Below are positions 17,969 to 26,268 of a stretch of DNA of 56,767 nucleotides, one piece after another. Every line of letters starts with the position of its first letter. The first letter of the stretch is position 1. The stretch is from the IMG/VR virus record IMGVR_UViG_3300036717_000095, positions 1 through 56,767 of that record, one strand, 5' to 3'. The notes beneath the pieces are model-generated. The model saw only the letters and a list, made by a program, of their open reading frames with translations. It made no database searches and was not told the DNA's origin. The DNA comes from a virus (taxonomy: Duplodnaviria; Caudoviricetes). The position numbers and the translations under genes were made by a program.

Positions 17969-19126
17969 TTACCTTCGCCGAGATGGTGAAGCTGCACGGC
18001 GGACTCCGGAGAATAGTTCCTGAAGTTCCTTGTCCGTGAGGTTCTCTAACTCGTCGTCTGAGGGCGGTCTTTGGGTTTCTTGCGGAGGCCGACTAACTTG
18101 GCTTTCGCGGATTCCTAGACCCGCTCTCTGACCCACTCGCCGTGCCGCAATGCGCGGATCAGGCGTGCTTGTCGGTGCTGCTGGTTTTGCTGGCGCAACC
18201 GGCACTACTGGTACCGGTTGCGGGGCGGCGGGAGGAGGGGTGATCTCCTCTTCATCGTCCTGAACATCCGGAACTGTCTCAAGTAATCCATCTTCAGACA
18301 ATTCCTCGTAAGCTTCTTCCAAGTCCTCCACAGTCCAATAACCACCGCGAATCAACTGCCGCATGGTGTTATTCACACTGTCGCGGCTGGATTCATCTAG
18401 TGTTTGACGGAGTTTGACTTTGGATAAATACCCGACAATCGCCAGGTAGTTTTTGAATTCGGGATCAGGGTAGTATTCGGGGTGCGCTGCCATGAATGCT
18501 TTTGCAACGCCTTCAGAGTCCAGTTCCTCTCTTGCGAAACGGCCCTGCTCCACGAGTGAAACCAATTCTTCAGGGTTGAGGCCGGTTTTCTTTTGGAACC
18601 AGTTTGAAAAAGCCAAATCAGGGTTCGTAGCAAGTTGGGTTTTAACCTCTTCGATTTCAGCCTGCGTGAGCTGGCGTGGTTGCGCTTGAGGCTGGGGAGA
18701 GACCTGGGGCTCGGGTCGAGCGGTCAGTTTGATCTTCTTACTCAGATCCCGAATATGCTGGCTGGCGTGCAGTTTTGCGGCCAGAACGTTAGTAAGTAGG
18801 TCGTCTTTCGTCCGACCGTAGAATTTCTCTGGAGCTTTGCCACCGGAATCGAGGGTGGCGCACCAACCTTTGTTGGTCTTTTCGAGGGATACAGTAGAGC
18901 CGTCCGGGTACTCGTGAACCTCCGGATCGGGCACAGCGACAACAGGTACAGGGACAACGACCGGCGCTGGCGCACCGTCAGCTTGGATCACCTCCTCTGG
19001 TGTTGGGGCAAGTTCGGGATGTTCATCCACGATTGGGGAGAGTTGATCGATGAGATTGTTGGGAGAAGATAAATCCATCTGGGCGAACTTATCTTCGGTG
19101 GCAAAAGGATCATTGAATTCAGACAT
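17969..19126 (-). CDS. capsid scaffolding protein
   Basis: Acidic, Pro-rich and helical; C-terminal LENLTDKELQEL..RR; directly upstream of the capsid gene. Confidence 0.7.
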   Translation of the reverse strand: MSEFNDPFATEDKFAQMDLSSPNNLIDQLSPIVDEHPELAPTPEEVIQADGAPAPVVVPVPVVAVPDPEVHEYPDGSTVSLEKTNKGWCATLDSGGKAPEKFYGRTKDDLLTNVLAAKLHASQHIRDLSKKIKLTARPEPQVSPQPQAQPRQLTQAEIEEVKTQLATNPDLAFSNWFQKKTGLNPEELVSLVEQGRFAREELDSEGVAKAFMAAHPEYYPDPEFKNYLAIVGYLSKVKLRQTLDESSRDSVNNTMRQLIRGGYWTVEDLEEAYEELSEDGLLETVPDVQDDEEEITPPPAAPQPVPVVPVAPAKPAAPTSTPDPRIAARRVGQRAGLGIRESQVSRPPQETQRPPSDDELENLTDKELQELFSGVRRAASPSRRR

Positions 19127-19186
19127 ACGGGCTCCTAAGGTAATCCGACCTTAACGGGGTGGTTGCAGGTTGATATTGAGTTGCTG

Positions 19187-19549
19187 CTACAAACTGTCGG
19201 CGGGGACAGGGGTTACGTTCTTCAATCCCTGTCTTACAATCTCTGGTGTTTTGCGTGAAGCTTGAATCGCGGCGGCTACATCTTCCTGGAAAATTCGGAA
19301 GATTCGTCCGGCAGCGAACATGATGGCGTGGGTGGCGGCAACCTCGCTTGTTTTGGAAGGATCAGTGTTCATCAACGTATTGACGTTTTGAGTGACGTAG
19401 CTCTGGAGCATCTCCAGAACCACATTCCAGCCAGGACCGTTGACTTGATGGGCCAGATCCCTACCCTTCTGCCAGAGTTCGATTTCCGCCCGATCTTCTT
19501 CAGCTAACGGTTTCCCGTTCAGTTTCTCGATCTGTTCTTGGATGTCCAT
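19187..19549 (-). CDS. hypothetical head-module protein
   Basis: 120 aa, GPGWNVV motif, between portal and scaffold. Confidence 0.65.
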   Translation of the reverse strand: MDIQEQIEKLNGKPLAEEDRAEIELWQKGRDLAHQVNGPGWNVVLEMLQSYVTQNVNTLMNTDPSKTSEVAATHAIMFAAGRIFRIFQEDVAAAIQASRKTPEIVRQGLKNVTPVPADSL

Positions 19550-19560
19550 AGATTAGCGCG

Positions 19561-21654
19561 TTAAGATGCGTTATCGCCGAAGCCTTGATTTCCAGGCGCT
19601 CCCTCTAGAACCTCGGAGGTGCCCGAGTCCTCTAGAGCGTGTCGGAGGATCTCTCTTCCAGCACGAGCGATGTTCTCGCTGTCAACGATTTCCAGTTGGT
19701 TGTTTTTCTTCTGGTCCAGCATCTGGCTCTGGGCCTGCAACATCTGCTGCTGTTTCGCGGCGGCTTGAGCCTGCGGATTCATGGCCGCATGACGTTGAAC
19801 GTCTTCGGGACTCATCTGGACAACCACGTCCTTGAAGTTCTTCCAGTCCGAGACCTCAAACATCATTCGCATGACTTCTACGACATCCACTCGATAGCCA
19901 GCGACTGATAGCTGTTGGGTGGTTTGTTCATTGGTCAGGAACTGAACCAGAATAGGTAGAGCCTGGGCCATATTTCTCCGGGCCTGCATCTTCGCGGCGG
20001 CGAGTACGGAGAACTTCACTTTGGCGTTGAGTAACTCCATGGTGGTGTCACCTTTGCTCTTCATGAACTCGTGCTGCAGTTCATCTCCAAGGATGTACTT
20101 CATTGTAGTAACCGGGAGTAACGCACGGTTTAACTCATGGGAGGCGTACAAGAACGGTAGGAAGACTTGATTCGTGATTTTCTCCACGAAGTCACCACTC
20201 TTGTTCGCACCTCCCGATGCGAGGAGGTTGGCACCTGCCGCACTCCGAGCAATGTTCGCGTGCCCGCTGGGTCCTGCGATACCTTGAGTGCCAATTTCGC
20301 TTGCGCCAGATACCTGTTCCGCTCTCGCCTGTGACATCTGAATATGAAGTTGTGCCTCAGGAACGGCGGGAATTCTTTGTAGAGGCGAGAAGTCGTCTTT
20401 GTTATCGACTTCAACGATTCGGCCTGGGGCCATCCTAATGTTTTGGGTGGGTATGCTCTTGCCACGGACCCGAACGTAGATCCCATTCAGATTCATCGCG
20501 GCCTGGTCGAGCCAGGTGTTTGTAATTCCAGCTTGCAAACGTTGTTCGGCACCGATCGTCTTCGCCAGACCCATGGACCAGAAGGCTTCATTGATGTCCC
20601 ACCAGCCGACCGACAGGAACGGAATTTCCCCGTATGGATTCTTGGTATTACAGATGACTAGTTTCTTTTGCAGCGCCACCATGTATTTTTCGCCGTCCCA
20701 GCGCTCCAGCATCTCCAGAGGTTCATTAAAAGGATCAACGGTGGTGACTTCGTACCGGCTTTCAGAACGTGCATCCCACAGGGGGTTCTTGGCAACGTTC
20801 TCACCTACCGCAGAAATGGCTTCCTCTTTGGGTGGGAAGAAAAGTTTGAGCAGGTCTTCTCTCGATGGAATGTTGAAACCTGGACGGTCTCGCAGTTTAT
20901 CGAGATCGTTCCAGGTTACATACATCCTGTGAATGACATACTTTGCCTTGCGTATATCAGGAACCTGCAGGCCAGGATCGACCAGCACCTGTCGTAAGTT
21001 AACAATGTGCTCAAAGAAAGGTCGATCAACGTACTCTTCATCCTCTACAAACTTGATGTCTTCTTCGTCGTTGTAGATCGGGATAGGGGGCTGACCGGGT
21101 ATAGCATTGGGCACCGTGACGGGGCTGTTTTTCCGCTCATACATGGTGCGGTTGCGGGTGAAGGTTTCCCATCCCCACTTCCATATCCCTGTACCGAAAA
21201 GAACTGCGTTGTGGATTCCCAACCGCAATTCTTCCCGGAAGTTAATATCGTCCAGTTGGTAGGCTAGTAACGCTCCGATGGCTCGGGCCGCTTGAGAGCT
21301 GGTACCTGGCCTTTCCTGGACGATGAAAGGAGGATTGTCCGAAAACAATCCAGAACAGATTTGTGGCACCAAGGAATTGACGCAGGTTGCCACGGTGTAG
21401 AAAGGGACGTTCGCTCTTTCAACCTGAGTTCCTTCCCAGTACCGGGCGGTGAAAGGACTTTGATAAAGAGATGTAGCGATCGGCCACGCAAGGACCCATT
21501 GTTTGGTTGACTCGTAATTTTCAGCTCTGATCGAATCCTGCACGATCATCTGTAAAGCGGAGTCGTCATCCCACTGCCCTGTACGGAGGGCTTTCTTTGC
21601 CGCGTCGATCTCTAGCGGTTTGTGAACATCTACAGTGGGTTGTTCAATCAGCAT
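19561..21654 (-). CDS. portal protein (P22/T7-like podoviral type)
   Basis: NAVLFGTGIWKWGW, VLVDP, NPYGEIPF, FWSMGL, ARSAAGAN, Gln-rich C-terminal barrel; 697 aa downstream of terminase. Confidence 0.9.
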   Translation of the reverse strand: MLIEQPTVDVHKPLEIDAAKKALRTGQWDDDSALQMIVQDSIRAENYESTKQWVLAWPIATSLYQSPFTARYWEGTQVERANVPFYTVATCVNSLVPQICSGLFSDNPPFIVQERPGTSSQAARAIGALLAYQLDDINFREELRLGIHNAVLFGTGIWKWGWETFTRNRTMYERKNSPVTVPNAIPGQPPIPIYNDEEDIKFVEDEEYVDRPFFEHIVNLRQVLVDPGLQVPDIRKAKYVIHRMYVTWNDLDKLRDRPGFNIPSREDLLKLFFPPKEEAISAVGENVAKNPLWDARSESRYEVTTVDPFNEPLEMLERWDGEKYMVALQKKLVICNTKNPYGEIPFLSVGWWDINEAFWSMGLAKTIGAEQRLQAGITNTWLDQAAMNLNGIYVRVRGKSIPTQNIRMAPGRIVEVDNKDDFSPLQRIPAVPEAQLHIQMSQARAEQVSGASEIGTQGIAGPSGHANIARSAAGANLLASGGANKSGDFVEKITNQVFLPFLYASHELNRALLPVTTMKYILGDELQHEFMKSKGDTTMELLNAKVKFSVLAAAKMQARRNMAQALPILVQFLTNEQTTQQLSVAGYRVDVVEVMRMMFEVSDWKNFKDVVVQMSPEDVQRHAAMNPQAQAAAKQQQMLQAQSQMLDQKKNNQLEIVDSENIARAGREILRHALEDSGTSEVLEGAPGNQGFGDNAS

Positions 21655-21662
21655 GGGGCCTC

Positions 21663-21706
21663 AAAGACACCGTTCGGTAACATTTGCGAAAGACACCGTT
21701 CGGTAA
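21663..21706. repeat. 18-bp tandem direct repeat AAAGACACCGTTCGGTAA x2 upstream of portal
   Basis: Copies at 21663-21680 and 21689-21706, each containing the dyad ACCG-TT-CGGT. Confidence 0.9.
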
Positions 21707-22093
21707 TTACCGGGAGGGGATCTTGGCGTGCGGATCGCCGACTTCATCAACTTTCGTTTCAGCGTAACCCTTGACCGTGATCTTGCCTGTCACCAGGTCC
21801 ACACTGCAGCGATCCGAGATGGCCGATGGAGCAGACTCTCCCTCACCCTTGTTCCGTTCGATCTTGAAACCCGTGCCACCTTTACCCCAGTTGGAAGGAG
21901 TTCCAGCACCACTGGACCCCATACCGTCATCTTGTTCGCACCGAGGGCTGGATTGGTATTCGCCCTGACTACAGAGCTGGTCCTTGCCTTCGGCCATCTG
22001 GCCCTTCCCGCTGGAGGGAAATTGGGACGGTTTGACGGTGTAGTTATCGACTTGGGCTGGGTTGAGGGAAACGAGAGAATCTTTTTCAGACAT
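21707..22093 (-). CDS. hypothetical protein (128 aa), probably disordered
   Basis: Start moved to ATG 22093 (MSEKDS, SD AGGAG). Confidence 0.6.
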   Translation of the reverse strand: MSEKDSLVSLNPAQVDNYTVKPSQFPSSGKGQMAEGKDQLCSQGEYQSSPRCEQDDGMGSSGAGTPSNWGKGGTGFKIERNKGEGESAPSAISDRCSVDLVTGKITVKGYAETKVDEVGDPHAKIPSR

Positions 22094-22143
22094 GTTGACT
22101 CCTTTTATAGTTGAATTGATACGAACAGCAGAGAAACCGAGCT

Positions 22144-25100
22144 TTAACCATAGAGCCCCGCCCCTAAAATCGGCTCGTAGCCGGGTATTCCCTCCAGCTT
22201 CGCGCCCTCGTCCACCGCAGGATCGGGGTTGATCGGTTGAATCCATCCCGCTCCCGGCCTCCCGAAAGCATCGCAGTTCTCTTCGAACAGAAGATTGTAA
22301 GCAGCGTTCGATTGACTCCAAGTCTGGATTTCGTTCTTCTCGATGACCTGAAGCATTCGCGGGCCATATTTCGTTTGACGGGAAATCACGTCCGGGATGT
22401 CGTCATGATGGTGACTGGACATGCACCGTTCGAACTCGCTATACAAGGCTTCTAAATGAGGCAGATGCGCTGAGAATTTGAGTTGATCGTTCATCAACCA
22501 AGGATGCAAAGATCCCATGCGGGTTCGTTTGGCATCTTTATTGTTGGTGGGTGAGATCCAGTCGATCGCATTACAGACCGCAATGACTTGCTGATCTCCT
22601 GTTTTTTGCGCTGCCATCTGGATCGAATACTCTAAAGCTCTCGACCCCCCGGCATCCTCGATCCCAACCACGAAGGGATGCCACCGTCTGGCGAAATCGA
22701 CCACGGCTTGCGCCAGATCGTTCGGCTGAAATCGATCACGGATGAGATCGTTGATGTACGCGGTTCCTTTATCATCCCAGAGAGCGCAACAGCCGGTGGT
22801 GTAATCTCTTCCCTTCTTCTGGCTGAAGGCAAAGTCCCACGTCTGTGAGGTCGGACCTTTGTACGGCATTTTGTCAAAACTTACAGTAGCCCGTAGGAGT
22901 AAACCCCTCGTGAAAGGAGTTAGGCTCCGAGGACGGGCGTTGTTGTTTCTCTGGCCTTCGAAGCTGATTTCATCGAGGGCAAAATCCTTCATCAGATACG
23001 CATAGGATAAGACCTCGGGAAACAGAAGATCACAACCCTCTTCCCCGGCTTCCTTGTAGGTGACCGGACGTTGCTCCTTCTCCAGCTTCTCTATGATCTC
23101 CGGCTTGATGACAATCGCCCTGCCGATCAGAATCTTCCACTTCATCTGGAGATTGTCGATGTAGTCCCAGCAGGGGCCTTTTTCTACCTTCAAATCGCCG
23201 ACATTCTTGGAAATCAGATCTCCGTAATAATCTTCATCCGCATATCGGGTACCCACGATGTCAAAGTATCCGAAAGGCATGAGCATCTTTCGAACACTGA
23301 CGTTGACGCGGGAGGTGACACGTTTACACATGTCCTCGTTTTCAGAGTTCCGGTTCGAAACAATGTCATCGCCTTTGATAACATCGAAGTGCGTACCGGA
23401 AAGATCGGAAGTGATCGAGGACGCGAGGCAGGTTGGTTCTTTGCGCCGAAGGTTCTGTACTCTCCACATCGGAGAAGTGAACTCGAAAGCGCTCTCTTTA
23501 CTCAGTTCTTTTTCCGGCAGACAGAACTCTGGGAAGAACAGATTCATAAGACTGGGCTCGTATAGCTTCTCCACGAAGTGCCCTTTGGTCTCGTTCACGA
23601 AAGCGATAGCGCGATCGTCTACGGCGGTGAGGAACAAGATTCGGATCTGGGGAAAGTTGAGAATCCACTGCACAGCATCAGTCACGTCGATGGTGCTATT
23701 GTGGGTTGGTATGAAACCCTCACCAACTAGAAAAGTGTGGTCTGGAGAATCCACCATTAAGCATTTGACGGGACGGCTTGGTACTTTTCTTGCGGCAACG
23801 ATGTGCCTGCTAGATTGCTTAGAAAGGCGGGTGCGTGCTCTTTGCCTGATCCGCTTCCTGCGTAACCGGAACACCGGATGATCCTCATAGGCAGTAAACC
23901 TAAACGTGTAAGCAATCCCGACAACATCCTTCACGATGGTTTGTTTGGTCGTAAGCTTACCTGGCTTCAATCCCAAGGATGCTACTAGTTCTCGGGTGTT
24001 CCGCGCCAGAGTAAGGTTACTGACTTCAAAAGCACACTCACCTGTCTTCGAAATCGTTCCATCGGTATCCATCAATCCTTGCAGCAAGGATAAGCGTTGC
24101 GCTCTGCTAGCCCTCAAATACGAGGTAGGAATATGTTTATTGTTGAGCAGGCCGAGTGCTCGAAGCCTACTAGCTAGGCTATTGCTGTTTCTGTAATCAG
24201 GATGATCTGGTCCGCCATTGAACACCCAACGGTACCTACCTGATTCGGAAGCCCGGATGACTTCTCCTTCTTTGCGAATCTTCTCTATGATGCCAAAGTC
24301 TGCACCAGTTAATTGGGCGCAAGCTGAAGTACCATCCCCTAACCAGCAACCTAGAACATAAGGAGACACTGTAAAACTTTGGTCATCTCCCTGAATAGAG
24401 GTCGCAACCTGAACTCGATGATTGTGTTCCTCTCGGCAGAAGATGGAGGCCGCGATCGTTTCCGTTGTTTTTGCGGTGGGAAAAGGTACCGCTTTCTGCT
24501 TGAGACTACCGTTTCGTTTTGCGTCTCGATCGCGTCTGGCATCTGTTATCCAGAGGTGTCCGGCGTCTGATACAATTGTTTCACCGCTTGAAAACTCTAG
24601 TTCGTAACACTCTTGGTTACTACGAACCGGACTCACACCCGTAACCGTGCAAGGCGCACCTTGGCTGGAATAAACAGTGTCACCTGGTTCTATATCCCGA
24701 ATCAGTTTGAAGCCTGAAGGGGTTGGTATTTTTTCATCTAGATCCAACGCTTTCATGGTATTACGGGGGTAGAGAATCAGGCGTTCTTTGTAAACGTCTT
24801 GCTCTGGGATAGTCTTCGTATCGTCTTTGACAACAAACATGTTGCATAAACGACGATGAACTCTGTCCAGAATCTTGTTCTCGCTGAAAGGCTTGCCAGA
24901 ACATTCCGCGTTGGTCTCCCAACAGAAATACTTGACCAAGAAGTAGAGGTCTGATTTCGCCCTACGTCTGCCCTCGATGAAGATGGGGCTTTGCTTGATG
25001 ATCTCTAGGTATTTCTCCAACCCCAACTGGAGTTGATTCCCTGCATCTTCCCGGAACTTTTCCTGGTTGATGTAATCGTAGAATTGTTCGTCAGGAATTT

Positions 25101-25149
25101 GGGCTGGAGTTTCGTAGGACGAGACCAGCTCCGTCCAGGTGAGAGACAT
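22144..25149 (-). CDS. terL: terminase large subunit, intein-containing
   Basis: Walker A-like YPRNTMK|ST split by the intein, Walker B-like FDVIKGDD, VGTRY, RNase H-like nuclease TWDFAFS..KGRDYT ... HDDIPD. Confidence 0.92.
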   Translation of the reverse strand: MSLTWTELVSSYETPAQIPDEQFYDYINQEKFREDAGNQLQLGLEKYLEIIKQSPIFIEGRRRAKSDLYFLVKYFCWETNAECSGKPFSENKILDRVHRRLCNMFVVKDDTKTIPEQDVYKERLILYPRNTMKALDLDEKIPTPSGFKLIRDIEPGDTVYSSQGAPCTVTGVSPVRSNQECYELEFSSGETIVSDAGHLWITDARRDRDAKRNGSLKQKAVPFPTAKTTETIAASIFCREEHNHRVQVATSIQGDDQSFTVSPYVLGCWLGDGTSACAQLTGADFGIIEKIRKEGEVIRASESGRYRWVFNGGPDHPDYRNSNSLASRLRALGLLNNKHIPTSYLRASRAQRLSLLQGLMDTDGTISKTGECAFEVSNLTLARNTRELVASLGLKPGKLTTKQTIVKDVVGIAYTFRFTAYEDHPVFRLRRKRIRQRARTRLSKQSSRHIVAARKVPSRPVKCLMVDSPDHTFLVGEGFIPTHNSTIDVTDAVQWILNFPQIRILFLTAVDDRAIAFVNETKGHFVEKLYEPSLMNLFFPEFCLPEKELSKESAFEFTSPMWRVQNLRRKEPTCLASSITSDLSGTHFDVIKGDDIVSNRNSENEDMCKRVTSRVNVSVRKMLMPFGYFDIVGTRYADEDYYGDLISKNVGDLKVEKGPCWDYIDNLQMKWKILIGRAIVIKPEIIEKLEKEQRPVTYKEAGEEGCDLLFPEVLSYAYLMKDFALDEISFEGQRNNNARPRSLTPFTRGLLLRATVSFDKMPYKGPTSQTWDFAFSQKKGRDYTTGCCALWDDKGTAYINDLIRDRFQPNDLAQAVVDFARRWHPFVVGIEDAGGSRALEYSIQMAAQKTGDQQVIAVCNAIDWISPTNNKDAKRTRMGSLHPWLMNDQLKFSAHLPHLEALYSEFERCMSSHHHDDIPDVISRQTKYGPRMLQVIEKNEIQTWSQSNAAYNLLFEENCDAFGRPGAGWIQPINPDPAVDEGAKLEGIPGYEPILGAGLYG
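23698..24750 (-). mobile_element. intein (351 aa) with LAGLIDADG homing endonuclease, class-3 signature
   Basis: Starts ALDLDEKIPTPSG (Ala1), SDAGHLWIT (block B Trp), YVLGCWLGDG and LLQGLMDTDG (LAGLIDADG), VKCLMVD (block F Cys), ends IPTHN followed by Ser. Confidence 0.9.
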
Positions 25150-25307
25150 TACGCCTTTTTCACCCGCTTGAGACGCGGGTTCTTTTTCTTGGCCTTCTTC
25201 GAAGCTTTACGAGTAGCGGAAGCGAGAATGCGACCGGCAGCGGCCATGCCGTACTTCTTCGCGATCTTTCCCTGAACCGCTTTGAAACCGGGGTGCATAC
25301 CAGCCAT
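25149..25307 (-). CDS. small basic protein (52 aa)
   Basis: MAGMHPGFKAVQGKIAKKYG..AAGRILASATRKAS..AKKKNPRLKRVK; TAATG coupling at both ends. Confidence 0.7.
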   Translation of the reverse strand: MAGMHPGFKAVQGKIAKKYGMAAAGRILASATRKASKKAKKKNPRLKRVKKA

Positions 25308-25759
25308 TACGTCTTCCTCCGAGCTTGACTGATCGCGATCGCAACCGCCTGTTTCTGATTCTTTACGACCGGACCTTTTTTCGAACCGCTGTGAAGTGTT
25401 CCAGACTTCCATTCGTCCATCGTCTTTTTGATCTTGGCTTTCGCACGTTTGGTTTTGGGTGCTTTCTTTTTCTTTCCACCCATAGTGCGACCAGCGGCAT
25501 TTGCGGGGATTACTCTTTCACCTTTGTGAACCTTTGCCCATCCCGTCTTCTTGACCTTGCCGCCCTTTTTGAAAGAGACCGGGCGGGCTATCCCTTCTTC
25601 TCCGGAAGGCATCGGTCTGTCACCAAGAGATCCAGGAGTAACGGGCCATGGTGCGCGAATGCTAGGGGTGCGAGGAGCTGGCCTCCCAGAAAAACCCCCA
25701 CCGTATGCTGGGGTGCGAGGAGCTGGCATTCCAGAAAAGGCCCCACCGTATGCTGGCAT
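25307..25759 (-). CDS. basic protein with DUF6496-like C-terminal domain
   Basis: KIKKTMDEWKSGTLHSGSKKGPVVKNQKQAVAIAISQAR; internal KKGG.VKKTG.AKVHKGERVIP; duplicated PAYGG.FSG.PAPRTP at the N-terminus. Confidence 0.7.
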   Translation of the reverse strand: MPAYGGAFSGMPAPRTPAYGGGFSGRPAPRTPSIRAPWPVTPGSLGDRPMPSGEEGIARPVSFKKGGKVKKTGWAKVHKGERVIPANAAGRTMGGKKKKAPKTKRAKAKIKKTMDEWKSGTLHSGSKKGPVVKNQKQAVAIAISQARRKT

Positions 25760-26268
25760 TAGTTGGCTCCTGTAACTATGAATGTGCAGTTCTTACTCGT
25801 GAAGCCAGCAGGAATAGATCCAGAGCTTTTCGGGCAAGCCAGCGTCCCTGTCAACGTGTGGCCAACAGGAGACCACGGAGGGCCTTGGATTCCCTGCTGG
25901 CCTTGAGGTCCTGTGTTGCCTTGCACTCCTTGACTTCCTTGAATTCCTTGAGAACCATTGGTTCCGTTCTGACCAGGAATGCCTTGGATACCCTGCGGGC
26001 CGGTCAAAGAGTGATACGAGCCTCCGTTGTCGCTTTCCTGCAGCATTCCATTCACGATGGTCAAGAGGTACTGACCACTGGTTGGAGGAGTTACTGGTTT
26101 TCCTATGTCGAGAAATACCCATCCGGATTGATTTCCGTTTGGAGCCGCAGTGACGGTAATGGGTCCCGCACAGATCGTCCCCGGAGGGGGACTCGCTTGG
26201 GAACATTGCCCGAGAGCCAGAGTGCTGAATAGCAGAATTGTGCTCAAAACAGGTACGATCGTACTCAT
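25759..26268 (-). CDS. secreted-type protein with collagen Gly-X-Y repeat
   Basis: Signal-like [20 protein letters not shown]|QC; [42 protein letters not shown]; Cys pairs at both ends. Confidence 0.8.
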   Translation of the reverse strand: MSTIVPVLSTILLFSTLALGQCSQASPPPGTICAGPITVTAAPNGNQSGWVFLDIGKPVTPPTSGQYLLTIVNGMLQESDNGGSYHSLTGPQGIQGIPGQNGTNGSQGIQGSQGVQGNTGPQGQQGIQGPPWSPVGHTLTGTLACPKSSGSIPAGFTSKNCTFIVTGAN

